DNA of 64,000 nucleotides from an uncultured Clostridia bacterium (GCA_947589025.1 CANQAY010000007.1:2919-66918); one strand, 5' to 3'; positions 1 to 10,101 are shown, numbered from the stretch's first letter. Made by a program: numbers and translations. The notes: generated by a model not told the origin, from the letters alone.

Positions 1-563
1 CCAGCGTCAACAACCCCCGCTTTTTTAAGCACAGGGAGCATGTTTGGCGTTTGTTGAAGAACCTCTTCTGCATGTGCTATAATTTGGTTAAAAAATTCTT
101 CAAAAGTTTTGCTAGATTTACTTGCCTGTTTTGCCTTTTCAGCCACGGCTTTAATTATTGTTAAAATTGTGCCTTCTTTTGGCACAGTTACTGCCTTATA
201 AGCCATTGTTGCACTATTTTCCAGTGCCTTGGCAAAATCTTTTATGGTAACTTCCGTTTCCTTAGACATTAAAGAAGCGCACATACCCTTAATTATTTGC
301 GAAGTTATAACACCGCTGTTGCCACGTGCACCCTTTAAAGCACCACGGTTAAAAGCCACACAAATAGCTTCTATTGTGTTAGATTCGCAAGCATTCATTT
401 CGGTAACAGCACTTTTTAATGTTAAACTCATGTTTGTGCCAGTGTCACCATCCGGAACAGGAAACACGTTTAACGCGTCTATATCTTTTTTATTTTCCTC
501 CACCAAAGAAAATGCACTAGAAAACATCTTCCTTAAGGCAGAGCCATTTAATGTTTTACCCAT
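1..563 (-). CDS. DAK2 (DhaL-like) domain protein, YloV-type; only the N-terminal part lies in the window
   Basis: Own reverse translation from ATG at 563-561 gives MGKTLNGSALRKMF..VFPVPDGDTGTNMSLT..KGARGNSGVITSQ..VPKEGTILT, which are DAK2 signatures. It is absent from the ORF track because it runs off the window edge. It lies directly downstream of an Asp23 gene, as in yloU-yloV pairs. Confidence 0.8.
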   Translation of the reverse strand, partial: MGKTLNGSALRKMFSSAFSLVEENKKDIDALNVFPVPDGDTGTNMSLTLKSAVTEMNACESNTIEAICVAFNRGALKGARGNSGVITSQIIKGMCASLMSKETEVTIKDFAKALENSATMAYKAVTVPKEGTILTIIKAVAEKAKQASKSSKTFEEFFNQIIAHAEEVLQQTPNMLPVLKKAGVVDA

Positions 564-579
564 AAAAATTATTAAACTC

Positions 580-927
580 CTATACTCTAACGTCTACAAT
601 ATGAACAACGACATTTTTAACCATCATGCCCGAGAAACGCTCTACAGAATACTTAACACTTTGCCTAATAGATTCTGCCACTGCAGAGGCGGAAACGCCA
701 CAATGCCTCATTATAACATAGACATCAATATTCATATTATCATTTTCGAGAGCGGTTACCACAACGCCCCTGTGCGCAGTTGTTATTGCATTGCCCTTAA
801 AAAAGCTGCGCTGGGAAACTAAACCAACAACACCAACACACTCTAAAACAGAAACAGCAGCAACTTTGCTAATTGCTTTTTTGTTAATGGTTATTTTACC
901 AAATGAGTTAAAAGTTGTAAGTTTCAT
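580..927 (-). CDS. Asp23/Gls24 family envelope stress protein (YloU-like)
   Basis: 115 aa. KITINKKAISKVAAVSVLECVGVVGL..VVVHIVDV fits the Asp23 family pattern. It is adjacent to the DAK2 gene. Confidence 0.8.
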   Translation of the reverse strand: MKLTTFNSFGKITINKKAISKVAAVSVLECVGVVGLVSQRSFFKGNAITTAHRGVVVTALENDNMNIDVYVIMRHCGVSASAVAESIRQSVKYSVERFSGMMVKNVVVHIVDVRV

Positions 928-1062
928 TACACTCTCCGAAAGATATTATATATTATTACGATTAAAAAATCAACAATTTTTGTAATATTTTTAAAAAATA
1001 CTTGCTTTTTGACTTCTTTTGTGTTAATATAGCCAAGCAAAGAAATATTATAGGAGGTTATT

Positions 1063-1248
1063 ATGAAAGTTTGTGTTGTATGCGGTAAAGGTAGAACTGC
1101 CGGCAATAATGTTAGCCACAGTATGCGCCACACTAAAAGAACTTTTGATGCAAATATACAAAAAGTTGATGTTGAAATCGACGGTAAAAAAGGTAAAAAG
1201 AACATTTGCGCTAAATGTTTAAAAACTATGAAGAAAGAAGAAAAATAA
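1063..1248 (+). CDS. rpmB: 50S ribosomal protein L28
   Basis: 61 aa, MKVCVVCGKGRTAGNNVSHSMRHTKRTF.., with AGGAGG upstream of the ATG. Confidence 0.9.
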   Translation: MKVCVVCGKGRTAGNNVSHSMRHTKRTFDANIQKVDVEIDGKKGKKNICAKCLKTMKKEEK

Positions 1249-1270
1249 GGTTAAACTAACCTTATTTTTT
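1247..1270 (+). terminator. Rho-independent terminator after rpmB
   Basis: aaggtta-aac-taacctt hairpin followed by atttttt. Confidence 0.6.
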
Positions 1271-1835
1271 AATTATTTTTGTGCAAATCATCCCACTCGG
1301 CTTTTAGTATGCCAAAATTTATGCTATCTAAATATTTATTGCCTTTTAGGCGGGCTTCCCTTTCCATGCCTTCTTTTTTAAAGCCCAAGCGCAATGCCAA
1401 ATTTTCACTTGCCGTGTTGCCCTGCCAAACATTTAATTCAATCCGGTGCAAATTATATTCGTTAAACATATAATTTATAGCCGCGCTGGCAGCCTCCGTG
1501 GCGTAGCCTTTATGCCAAAATTTGCTGTTTAAAGACCAACTAATTCTGCCTAAATTGTTAGGAAAATTAATGGCTATGCCAATGTAGCCAATTACTTTGT
1601 TTTTGCTTTTTAAATTAATGGCATAACGCAACATGCCAGATACATTGCGTTTTCGATAACTCTTTAAAAGATTAGGAAAATCTTTTAAATAATCCTCTCT
1701 TGTTTCAGTATGGTCGGGTTGATAAGTCCACATATGCTTATCTGACATAAATTCGGCGTAATCGTTAGCGTCTTCTTCTTTAAATTTTCTTAGTAACAAG
1801 CGTTCGGTTTCTAAATTTACAATTTTCAATTTCAT
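1269..1835 (-). CDS. GNAT family N-acetyltransferase (RimJ/RimL-like)
   Basis: 188 aa. ..WHKGYATEAASAAINYMF..RIELNVWQGNTASENLALRLGFKKEG is a typical GNAT core. Confidence 0.75.
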   Translation of the reverse strand: MKLKIVNLETERLLLRKFKEEDANDYAEFMSDKHMWTYQPDHTETREDYLKDFPNLLKSYRKRNVSGMLRYAINLKSKNKVIGYIGIAINFPNNLGRISWSLNSKFWHKGYATEAASAAINYMFNEYNLHRIELNVWQGNTASENLALRLGFKKEGMEREARLKGNKYLDSINFGILKAEWDDLHKNN

Positions 1836-1983
1836 AATAAAATAATACTACATTTTAAAAGATAATCAAAGCATTTAACCCATCTATTAAATTTTGCATA
1901 AAATATGTTATGAAAATTTACTGCTTTAAAGCGCCAAAAATTTTAAGGCCTATATTTAAGCTTCTGTTTGGCAAAAACATCTA

Positions 1984-3510
1984 TTATATAGGCAAATAAA
2001 TTTTGTTTAAGCCAGAATTTGTTAGTTCATACGCTTCATCAAAAACAGAATTTATAAACTTTCTATCGTGAGATACAGCAATTATTGCACCTTTGTAGTC
2101 GTGCAAAATTTTTCGCATTACGGGTTTAGATAGCGGGCTTAGGTTTCTGGTTGGCTCATCTAGAACGAGCACATTATCCCCTTCCAAAATTAGTTTAAGT
2201 AACAACAATTTTGCCTTTTGGCCCTCGCTTAAATTTATAATTTGATGCGTCATTTCTTCCGCGGTAAACTTTAAACTGCCCAACAGGGTTTGAACATTAA
2301 TGTTGCCAAAATCAAGCTCTTCTACTGGTGTGTTTTTAAAATTTAGTGTTTCTGCATAATTTTGTGAAAAATAGCCAACCTTTACCCCAATTGTGTTTTT
2401 AAGCATGGGCAAAACGGCTTTTAACATAGTAGATTTGCCCACTCCATTTTTGCCAATTATGGCAATTTTTTTGGCACCTTTAATTAGTATATTGATGTTT
2501 TCTGCCAATATTTTGTTGCCAATTGTTAACTTGGGTAAATTAATGTTTAACAATTCTTTTTGATTAGGAAAAACAATTTGGGTGTTAATTAAGAGTTTTA
2601 TGTTTTCTTCAACATCAGGGATTTCTGTTAATTTTTCATTGTCTATGCGTTTTTCTTGTGCTTTAACATTTGCCATTTTTTTAACTATAATTCTTGCCGC
2701 GGTGGAATCTTTTGTGTTATTGATTGAATCTCTAACCTTTTCTTTTATGTCGCGTAAAATTCTCTCTTTTTTAGCGTGCTCGCGCCTTTCATATAAGGCA
2801 ATTTGAGTTTGCTTTTCAATTTCTTTTTCACGAATTGCCACATATTCGGCATAATTGCCTTTAAACAATGTAAATTTAGGTTTTGTTTTCCTTGCAAGTT
2901 GTTCCAAGTGAAGCACCATATTTGAGCAATTTTCAAGCAGTGTTTCATCATGCGAAATAAATATAATTGGATTATTATATTGCAAAATAAAATTTTCTAG
3001 CCAATTAAGAGTTTCTATATCCAAGTCGTTAGTGGGTTCATCTAAAATTAACATTGTGGGGCTAAATAATAAAATTTTAATTAATTGAAGTTTAACCTTT
3101 TCACCACCTGAAATGTTAGATATGTTAATGTCCGATTCCATAAGGCCTTCATTTAAATTAAATTGCTTAAACAGTTTATTTAATTTAACTACGTTGTTAA
3201 AAATTTCAAAATTTTGTTCTGCAGTTGGGCTTTGTTTGGTTAAAAAATCAAAAACTGATTGATTATCCCACTCTTTTTCAAGTGATTGTTGCAGATACCC
3301 TATTTTTTCATTTGTTTGAATTTGACCGCTAATTTTACAATAATCTTTAATTAAATTGGGGTCTATGATTGCTTTTATTAGGGTGGATTTACCATTGCCC
3401 TCTTCACCAATTATGGCAAGTTTATCCCCTTTATTTAAAACTAAGTTTAAGTTTTCTAAAAGTTTGCGCCCTTTTAAAGTTTCTAAATATAAATTTATTA
3501 TACTAAACAT
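1984..3510 (-). CDS. ABC-F family ATPase (translation factor / ARE-type ribosomal protection candidate)
   Basis: 508 aa with two ABC cassettes: Walker A GEEGNGKST and GKNGVGKST, signatures LSGGEKVKL and LSEGQKAKL. They are joined by a charged K/E/R linker and there are no TM segments. AGGAGG RBS. Confidence 0.85.
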   Translation of the reverse strand: MFSIINLYLETLKGRKLLENLNLVLNKGDKLAIIGEEGNGKSTLIKAIIDPNLIKDYCKISGQIQTNEKIGYLQQSLEKEWDNQSVFDFLTKQSPTAEQNFEIFNNVVKLNKLFKQFNLNEGLMESDINISNISGGEKVKLQLIKILLFSPTMLILDEPTNDLDIETLNWLENFILQYNNPIIFISHDETLLENCSNMVLHLEQLARKTKPKFTLFKGNYAEYVAIREKEIEKQTQIALYERREHAKKERILRDIKEKVRDSINNTKDSTAARIIVKKMANVKAQEKRIDNEKLTEIPDVEENIKLLINTQIVFPNQKELLNINLPKLTIGNKILAENINILIKGAKKIAIIGKNGVGKSTMLKAVLPMLKNTIGVKVGYFSQNYAETLNFKNTPVEELDFGNINVQTLLGSLKFTAEEMTHQIINLSEGQKAKLLLLKLILEGDNVLVLDEPTRNLSPLSKPVMRKILHDYKGAIIAVSHDRKFINSVFDEAYELTNSGLNKIYLPI

Positions 3511-3729
3511 ACAACCTCCTTTTAGGATAATTGTATTTAAACTAAAAAAGGCAAATAAAAAAACAATTATCCCATTTAAAAATAATTAAATTAAATTTAG
3601 GATAATTGTTGTATAATGTATGCAAAAAGCATAGTAAACAATAAAACAACAACACCCTTTTATTGTTTAATTGGCATTTTGCACACCTCCTTCTATTTAT
3701 ATAATATCACATTATTTTAATATTTGCAA
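3511..3729 (-). promoter_or_regulatory. Promoter plus 5-codon leader ORF (MPIKQ, 3677..3660) plus terminator/antiterminator leader of the ABC-F gene
   Basis: Minus-strand TTGCAA(3729-3724)-17nt-TATTAT(3706-3701). GGAGGTG RBS, then ATG CCA ATT AAA CAA TAA. An 11-bp hairpin covers the leader stop. ACAATTATCC/GGATAATTGT stem is followed by a T-run, and a third ACAATTATCC copy abuts the ABC-F RBS. Confidence 0.55.
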
Positions 3730-3769
3730 TAAAATTTTAAAAAATTGTTTAAAAAAAGTGCAGATGCAC

Positions 3770-4897
3770 TTAATTTAATTTTTTTGTGTAATTGTTTGTT
3801 TTTGGGTAAGATTTTTCGCTTATTGAATTTTGTAAATCTTTTATTAGTTTTATTGAGTTTTTGTCTAAATCCTTTGGCATTTCGCCCTTAAGGGTTACAA
3901 TAATATCCCCACTGCCCAAGCCTTTTAAATATTTTACGCCCTTGCCTTTAAGGGTATATTTGGTGTTAGATTGCGTCAATGGCGCAACATCTATTGTTTG
4001 CGTGCCTTTAAGGGTTGGGACTTCCACCTTTCCGCCCAGCAAAAGTGTGGTTATTGGCGCATAGGCATCCACATACAAATCAAAGCCCTTGCGCACAAGC
4101 AGGCTGTGTGGCTGAACGGTGATTGAAATGCGCAAATCCCCCGGAATACCGTTTGCTGACGCGGTTTGGTTGCCTTCGCCGTTAAGGCGGATGACCTGCT
4201 CATTATCTATGCCGGCTGGCACCTTAACTTTAATTTTGGCAGTAACCGTTTTTAGCCCTGTGCCGCGGCAATTTGGACATTTGTTTTTAACCACTTTGCC
4301 CTTGCCGTTACAATTGCGGCAAGTGCCAACTGTGCGCGTCATGCCAAAAAGGGTTTGTTGGGTGTAGCTAACTCGACCAGTGCCGTTACATTCGCTACAA
4401 GTAACATAGTCGCTATTAGATTTTGCGCCCGTGCCGTTGCAATCTTTACAACGCTCTTTACGAGTTACACTAACCTCTTTTTCGCAGCCAAAAGCGGCAT
4501 CCAAAAAGGATAATACAAGGTTGATGTTAATATCTTCACCCTCTTCCCGAACTTGCGCTTGCGCACCACGCCCGCCAAAGTTGGAAAAAATGTTGAAGAT
4601 ATCTTCAAATCCGCCAAAGCCTTCCGCACCTGAAAATCCGCCTGAAAAACCACCCGCGCCACCGCCAAAGCCTTGTGGGCCATCGGCTGAACCAAATTGG
4701 TCATAATTAGCGCGCTTTTGCTTATCACTTAAAACGGAATAAGCCTCGTTAATTTCTTTAAACTTTTCCGCTGCTTCGGGCGTTTTGTTTAGGTCGGGGT
4801 GATATTTTTTTGCCAAATTCCTAAATGCAGATTTAATTTCATCCTCACTTGCATTTTTGTTTACGCCTAAAGTTTCATAATAATCTTTATTAGCCAT
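3770..4897 (-). CDS. dnaJ: Molecular chaperone DnaJ
   Basis: 375 aa with a J domain (HPD), a G/F-rich region and four CxxCxGxG zinc-finger repeats. Confidence 0.95.
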   Translation of the reverse strand: MANKDYYETLGVNKNASEDEIKSAFRNLAKKYHPDLNKTPEAAEKFKEINEAYSVLSDKQKRANYDQFGSADGPQGFGGGAGGFSGGFSGAEGFGGFEDIFNIFSNFGGRGAQAQVREEGEDININLVLSFLDAAFGCEKEVSVTRKERCKDCNGTGAKSNSDYVTCSECNGTGRVSYTQQTLFGMTRTVGTCRNCNGKGKVVKNKCPNCRGTGLKTVTAKIKVKVPAGIDNEQVIRLNGEGNQTASANGIPGDLRISITVQPHSLLVRKGFDLYVDAYAPITTLLLGGKVEVPTLKGTQTIDVAPLTQSNTKYTLKGKGVKYLKGLGSGDIIVTLKGEMPKDLDKNSIKLIKDLQNSISEKSYPKTNNYTKKLN

Positions 4898-4907
4898 ATG
4901 CTCCTCG

Positions 4908-5411
4908 TTAAATTATAACTATGCTTAAATAAAGCAATCTTCGCCAAAATTTTTTTGTGTAAACTTTTTCAATTTCTTCAAATGATATAGATTTTTTTGA
5001 ATGTGTTCCTATTACGTTTTTATAAAATTTTGGCACAATTCCTGCATCAAAAATTTGAAAACCTATGCTTAACACACAACTATCGTAATCTGTTCCGCAT
5101 ATATCAACTTGTTCAATTTTGTTGTTCTTTAATGTTGTTATAAAATTTTTAGGCATAGAATAACCATATTTTTTTATTATTTCATGTTTTGGCAAGTTTA
5201 TTGCCAAATTTGTTTCTTTTGGGGTTGTGAGTTTGTTCCAATTTAAAATTTTTACATAATTTGGATTGTGAGTTTTATCATTAAAAAATTGTGTGGCATA
5301 AATTTTGCAATATTGCCCTAAATTTATTTTATTTACATTATTAAAAACAAACTGATTTTCTTTGCTTTTAAAACCATGCTGTAAATCTACAATTATTAAC
5401 GCTTTTTTCAC
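4908..5411 (-). CDS. Isochorismatase-family cysteine hydrolase
   Basis: 167 aa. [24 protein letters not shown] is the isochorismatase-like pattern. GTG start with AAGGA upstream. Confidence 0.65.
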   Translation of the reverse strand: MKKALIIVDLQHGFKSKENQFVFNNVNKINLGQYCKIYATQFFNDKTHNPNYVKILNWNKLTTPKETNLAINLPKHEIIKKYGYSMPKNFITTLKNNKIEQVDICGTDYDSCVLSIGFQIFDAGIVPKFYKNVIGTHSKKSISFEEIEKVYTKKFWRRLLYLSIVII

Positions 5412-5513
5412 AAAAAATCCTTTATAAATATTGAAATTGCTTTTTTAAGTGCAATAGAAAAACAAAATTTGTTCTTTTGGTGGCTTTCCTATTAAGAAAA
5501 GCCACTTAAAGAA

Positions 5514-5563
5514 GTTGAGATTGCAACACAAACTTGATGGTCAAGTTTGCTCGCAATGACATC
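5514..5563. repeat. REP-like palindromic intergenic element (copy 1)
   Basis: ttgagattgcaacacaaacttgatggtcaagtttgctcgcaatgacat is near-identical to the 7781-7829 copy. The core hairpin is aaacttga-tgg-tcaagttt. Confidence 0.6.
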
Positions 5564-5676
5564 GTCGCACCATGCCTCATTGCAAAATTGCTTCATTTTA
5601 TTACGCAATTATAAGCCTATCGTCAGGTACTCCTCATCCCCTTCAAAACAAATATTGTTTTGCGGGGACCCCATAA

Positions 5677-5703
5677 AAACTTTCTTTCTATCAAAGAAAG
5701 TTT
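5677..5703 (-). terminator. Terminator downstream of dnaK
   Basis: Minus-strand aaactttcttt-gatag-aaagaaagttt hairpin followed by a T-rich tract. Confidence 0.5.
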
Positions 5704-5705
5704 AT

Positions 5706-7529
5706 TTATTCTACAACTACGTTAGGGTCGCCATCATCTTTTGGTTTGTCACCATTTGGGTTGCCGTTAGGGTTGCCTTGAGGTTGCTGGCTTGCCATTT
5801 TTTGATACATTTTGCTGAATGCTGTGTTGGAAACATTGGTTAAATCGTCTGTTGCCTTTTTAATTTCGTCCAAGCTTTCGCTTGCAATGTGCTTTTTGGC
5901 CTCTTCCACTGCATCGGTTAGGGATTTTTTATCTTCCTCGCTTAATTTATCGCCATTTTCCTTCATAACCTTTTCAATGTTCATGGTCATGCCATCTAGG
6001 TTGTTGCGGGCATCAATAACTTCACGTTTCTTTTTATCCTCTTCTGCAAACTGTTCAGCCTCCTTAACAGCTTTGTTAATTTCATCTTCGCTTAAATTTG
6101 TTGAAGCGGTGATAGTTATTTTTTGTTCTTTGTTTGTGCCAAGGTCCTTTGCTGAAACATTAACAATGCCGTTAGCGTCAATATCAAAGGTAACTTCAAT
6201 TTGAGGCACTCCCCTTGGTGCTGGCGGAATGCCCGTTAATTGGAATCTGCCAAGAGATTTATTTTGAGCGGCAAATTCGCGCTCGCCTTGAAGCACGTTA
6301 ATTTCAACGCCCGGTTGATTATCTTGCGCCGTGCTAAATATCTGGCTCTTTTTAGTTGGGATTGTGGTGTTACGTGGAATAAGTTTTGTGCAAACTCCAC
6401 CCAAAGTTTCAATGCCCAAAGAAAGTGGAGTTACATCTAGCAACAACACGTCTTTAACATCGCCACCCAAAACGCCCGCTTGAATTGCAGCACCAACTGC
6501 AACGCATTCATCTGGGTTAATGCCCTTAAATGGAGTTACAGGTATTTCCTTAGCAAGGGCTTCAACAACACAAGGAACACGGGTTGAGCCACCAACTAGC
6601 ACAACATTTTGAATATCTGATTTAGTTAAATTAGCATCTTTAAGTGCGTTACGAACGCAAACAAGGGTGCTATCTACAAGGTCGCTAATCATGCTTTCAA
6701 ATTTAGCACGAGTTAAGGTATATTCTAGGTGTTTAGGGCCGGTTGCATCGGCTGTAATAAATGGCAAACTGATTGTTGTTTGTGTAAGTGTACTCAGTTC
6801 AATTTTTGCCTTTTCTGCTGCTTCTTTAAGGCGTTGTTTTGCTAGCTTATCGGTTGATAAATCAATGCCATTTTCCTTTTTAAATTCGCTAATTAAAAGG
6901 TCCATAATGCGGTTATCAAAGTCATCACCGCCAAGGCGAGTGTTACCGTTTGTAGAAAGCACTTCAAACACGCCATCACCAATTTCTAGGATAGAAACAT
7001 CAAATGTTCCGCCACCCAAATCGTAAATCAAAATCTTTTGATTTTTTCTGTCGCTCTTATCTAGGCCATAGGCAAGTGCTGCTGCGGTTGGTTCGTTGAT
7101 AATACGCAAAACTTCTAGCCCGGCAATTTTGCCTGCATTTTTGGTTGCTTGACGCTGGCTATCGTTAAAATATGCTGGCACAGTAATAACTGCTTGGGTT
7201 ACTGGCCCGCCAAGATATGCTTCTGCATCTTGCTTTAACTTGCTTAAAATCATTGCGCTAATTTCTTCTGGGCTATATTGTTTGCCACCGATGTTAACTT
7301 TGTAATCTGTGCCCATTTCACGCTTAATTGAAATGACGGTGTTGTCTGGGTTGGCAACCGCTTGGCGTTTTGCCACTTGGCCCACTAACCTATCATTATC
7401 TTTAAAACCAACTACGCTTGGGGTTGTTCTGCTGCCCTCGCTGTTGGGGATTACGGTTGGCTGTCCGCCTTCCATAACTGCTACACAACTGTTTGTTGTG
7501 CCTAAATCAATACCGATAATTTTTGACAT
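5706..7529 (-). CDS. dnaK: Molecular chaperone DnaK (Hsp70)
   Basis: 607 aa. [28 protein letters not shown].. is an unambiguous Hsp70. Confidence 0.97.
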   Translation of the reverse strand: MSKIIGIDLGTTNSCVAVMEGGQPTVIPNSEGSRTTPSVVGFKDNDRLVGQVAKRQAVANPDNTVISIKREMGTDYKVNIGGKQYSPEEISAMILSKLKQDAEAYLGGPVTQAVITVPAYFNDSQRQATKNAGKIAGLEVLRIINEPTAAALAYGLDKSDRKNQKILIYDLGGGTFDVSILEIGDGVFEVLSTNGNTRLGGDDFDNRIMDLLISEFKKENGIDLSTDKLAKQRLKEAAEKAKIELSTLTQTTISLPFITADATGPKHLEYTLTRAKFESMISDLVDSTLVCVRNALKDANLTKSDIQNVVLVGGSTRVPCVVEALAKEIPVTPFKGINPDECVAVGAAIQAGVLGGDVKDVLLLDVTPLSLGIETLGGVCTKLIPRNTTIPTKKSQIFSTAQDNQPGVEINVLQGEREFAAQNKSLGRFQLTGIPPAPRGVPQIEVTFDIDANGIVNVSAKDLGTNKEQKITITASTNLSEDEINKAVKEAEQFAEEDKKKREVIDARNNLDGMTMNIEKVMKENGDKLSEEDKKSLTDAVEEAKKHIASESLDEIKKATDDLTNVSNTAFSKMYQKMASQQPQGNPNGNPNGDKPKDDGDPNVVVE

Positions 7530-7780
7530 AATTTATTTACTCCTTTAATTTATGAATTTTATTTTTTGTGGCTTGCCACAAATTTGGCTTTTACGAGTGA
7601 ATTTGAAATTTATTTCGATATTCACTCACGGAAAAGCCAAGAATAATGAGTGAAACGAATTAAAATAAAATGAATTTATTAAAGAGCAAGAAATTTGGAG
7701 AATATTATATGTTTGCGAGTTTACGAGCAACATATAATATTTGACATATATAATTCTCCTTTAAATTTTAATTTTTATTG

Positions 7781-7829
7781 TTGAGATTGCCACGAAAACT
7801 TGATGGTCAAGTTTTCTCGCAATGACATT
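7781..7829. repeat. REP-like palindromic intergenic element (copy 2)
   Basis: ttgagattgccacgaaaacttgatggtcaagttttctcgcaatgacat, with a 10-bp perfect stem gaaaacttga/tcaagttttc. Confidence 0.6.
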
Positions 7830-7879
7830 TGTATTTGTTTATATGACTTTTATTTGTAACTTTTTAATAGAAAACTCGT

Positions 7880-8296
7880 TTAAACATTTGGGTGTAATGC
7901 CCAAGCATCTTTTGCTTGCTGTTGGACTTTATTTAAAAGGTTTTTATATCTAGTAATAAGATTTTCAGGGTCATAACGTAAATCATAACTGCCCCTAACG
8001 TGATTTGCAAAATTTTCATTCAATTTTTCAACAATTTTTTCGCATTCTTCATAGGATTCTACAACTTGATTTGGCGATAAATTATTCACTGCCTGATTAT
8101 CGCAAATTGGACCATAACCTCCTGGATAACCTTGAAATTCTCCACTATAATATGTTTTTTTTGTGGGTTCATTGTTGTAATAAATTGTTTGTTTAGATTG
8201 CAAATATACTCTATCAACAATATAACCTATTAATTCTTTGTAGTTCCCATTAATAATTTCTGTTACAACTGGTCTTGGTGCGTATAATGTTTTCAT
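7880..8296 (-). CDS. Hypothetical protein inserted between grpE and dnaK
   Basis: 138-aa ORF with AGGAGG RBS, 8 nt downstream of the grpE stop. No family recognised. Confidence 0.55.
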   Translation of the reverse strand: MKTLYAPRPVVTEIINGNYKELIGYIVDRVYLQSKQTIYYNNEPTKKTYYSGEFQGYPGGYGPICDNQAVNNLSPNQVVESYEECEKIVEKLNENFANHVRGSYDLRYDPENLITRYKNLLNKVQQQAKDAWALHPNV

Positions 8297-8304
8297 TTGT
8301 CCTC

Positions 8305-8868
8305 CTATTTCTTCACAATTACTTGCGAATAGCGTATAACTTTGCCTTTATAGGTGAAGCCTTTATAGGCCTCTTTAACTATATATCCGCTTTCAACATC
8401 GGCGGTGCTATCCGTGTCTATTGCCTGATGCAAATTAGGGTCAAACTTACCGGATGCGTCAATCACATCTACGCCCATTTTAGATAGAGTATCCAAAATG
8501 CCCTTTTCAATGAACTTTATGCCCATAAGCGTGTTTTTATCTGTAATCATGTCCGTTGCCATTTTAAAACTATCTAGGGCTGGCAAGAACTGAGTTATTG
8601 CATCCATAAAGCCATCTTGCCTTGCTTCGCCAAGTGCAGTTTGCATGCGCTTGCGGTAGTTATCAAACTCGGCTTGCAAACGCAAAAGGTCATTTAAATA
8701 ATTTGGCAACTCCACCTCTTCTTCTGGTGGAGGGATTGCCTCTTCTTCCATGTTTAAATCTTCATTAACTTCTTCATTTTCAGTTTCATGTTCAGCTTCG
8801 TTTTCAGGGGTTGGTTCTATTTTGTTTTCTTCTAAATTTTCTTTATTTTCAGTGTGGTGTTTGCTCAC
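8305..8868 (-). CDS. grpE: Nucleotide exchange factor GrpE
   Basis: 187 aa with an acidic N-terminus and then LQAEFDNYRKR.., the GrpE signature. It overlaps the hrcA stop. Confidence 0.9.
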   Translation of the reverse strand: MSKHHTENKENLEENKIEPTPENEAEHETENEEVNEDLNMEEEAIPPPEEEVELPNYLNDLLRLQAEFDNYRKRMQTALGEARQDGFMDAITQFLPALDSFKMATDMITDKNTLMGIKFIEKGILDTLSKMGVDVIDASGKFDPNLHQAIDTDSTADVESGYIVKEAYKGFTYKGKVIRYSQVIVKK

Positions 8869-9881
8869 TTTTCGCCTCCTTTTAAGTCTATCTGCCCAAC
8901 AATAAATTTAAGTGCAGCCGCTATATTTGCATAGTCCACCCTCTTAGGGCCAACAAGCGCAAGGCTGGCTATTGGCACACCGTTTATAACTATTGGTGCG
9001 CTTAGCATCATGCCGCTTTTTAGCGAGCTTTGCTCATCCCCAACCTGATAGCTTACTTCGGTGTTCTCCTTAACTGCATCTATAATTTTATCCGCATCTT
9101 GCAAAAATTCAAAAACGGTTTTTGTTTCGTCAATTTCGCTGGCAGTTTTGCCGTCTAAAAGTTTGGCCGGGTTAACGTTAGAAATGTCACATTTAGTTTT
9201 AATAACTGCCATAAGCACATTTGCAACGCCATCAATCAACTCTTTAAATTCGGCAATTTGGGCGCCCGCCTTTAAGCATAGAGAATTGATGTTATCCACC
9301 ATAAATTCTATGGTTTTGCCCTTAAATTGCAAGGTTAAATAGCTGCTGGCCTCTTGACAACTGTTGCGGTCAATATTAGGGTCTAGGCTCATGTTATCGT
9401 CAATAATGCCGGCGTTGGTTTCAACAAGCAAAAGTGCATTTTTGTTAATTAGTGGAATAATTTGAATATTTTCTATGGTAAGGTTTTGAAGCCCGTGCTG
9501 AACAAGCACTGCCGGGCAGTTTGTGGCACGGCTAAGCCGCTTTGCCAAGCTGGAAAGCGTGTTTATAAGACTAACCGACCTGTTTTCATATGAATTAACA
9601 ACTTCTTTTATGTTTTTGTAGCTAATTTTGTTGTTGTTTAATATATTTGCAACATATTCCTTATATGCAAGTGCGGTTGGCACTCTGCCGCCCGAAGTGT
9701 GCAACTGCTTAAAATAACCCATGCTTTCAAGCGCATTAAGTTCGTTGCGCAAGGTGGCAGAACTTATGTCCTTAAAATAAGCATTAAGCGAGGCACTGGT
9801 TACCGGCTGGGCGGTTTTAATGTAATCGTCCACCGCTTTTAACACAATATCATGCTTGCGTTTGTTTTTTTCGTTATTCAC
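8865..9881 (-). CDS. hrcA: Heat-inducible transcription repressor HrcA
   Basis: 338 aa. N-terminal winged helix ..PVTSASL..SSATLRNELNALESMGY..HTSGGRVPT is typical HrcA. It heads the grpE-dnaK array. Confidence 0.9.
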   Translation of the reverse strand: MNNEKNKRKHDIVLKAVDDYIKTAQPVTSASLNAYFKDISSATLRNELNALESMGYFKQLHTSGGRVPTALAYKEYVANILNNNKISYKNIKEVVNSYENRSVSLINTLSSLAKRLSRATNCPAVLVQHGLQNLTIENIQIIPLINKNALLLVETNAGIIDDNMSLDPNIDRNSCQEASSYLTLQFKGKTIEFMVDNINSLCLKAGAQIAEFKELIDGVANVLMAVIKTKCDISNVNPAKLLDGKTASEIDETKTVFEFLQDADKIIDAVKENTEVSYQVGDEQSSLKSGMMLSAPIVINGVPIASLALVGPKRVDYANIAAALKFIVGQIDLKGGEK

Positions 9882-9920
9882 TTTTCTCCTTTCATCACAT
9901 CGCGCTTTGCCGGCGAGGAA

Positions 9921-9947
9921 TTAGCACTCTTATTGTATGACTGCTAA
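9921..9947. promoter_or_regulatory. CIRCE operator (HrcA binding site)
   Basis: TTAGCACTC-ttattgtat-GACTGCTAA against the consensus TTAGCACTC-N9-GAGTGCTAA (one mismatch). It lies between the promoter and the hrcA start. Confidence 0.85.
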
Positions 9948-9951
9948 CTCT

Positions 9952-9980
9952 ATTTTATGCACGTTGCTAGCATTTGTCAA
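9952..9980 (-). promoter_or_regulatory. SigmaA-type promoter of the hrcA operon
   Basis: Minus strand TTGACA(9980-9975)-17nt-TAAAAT(9957-9952), immediately upstream of CIRCE. Confidence 0.6.
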
Positions 9981-10101
9981 GCAAAAATGTCAAATTTTTT
10001 AAAATTTTTTTAATTTTTTTGTTGTAATTACAACTTTATAAGGCATGAGAAAAAAGAAAATTGTTAAAATTAACAATTTTACGCGTTATTGATTAAAAGG
10101 T

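Noticed and set aside
229-822. 197-aa plus-strand ORF at the window start
   Set aside because: It lies antisense to clearly recognisable DAK2 and Asp23 genes. It has no RBS and its sequence is not protein-like. I treat it as a shadow ORF.
5547-5843. 98-aa plus-strand ORF between the isochorismatase gene and dnaK
   Set aside because: It starts inside the REP-like repeat, runs antisense into the dnaK 3' end and has no RBS. It is spurious.
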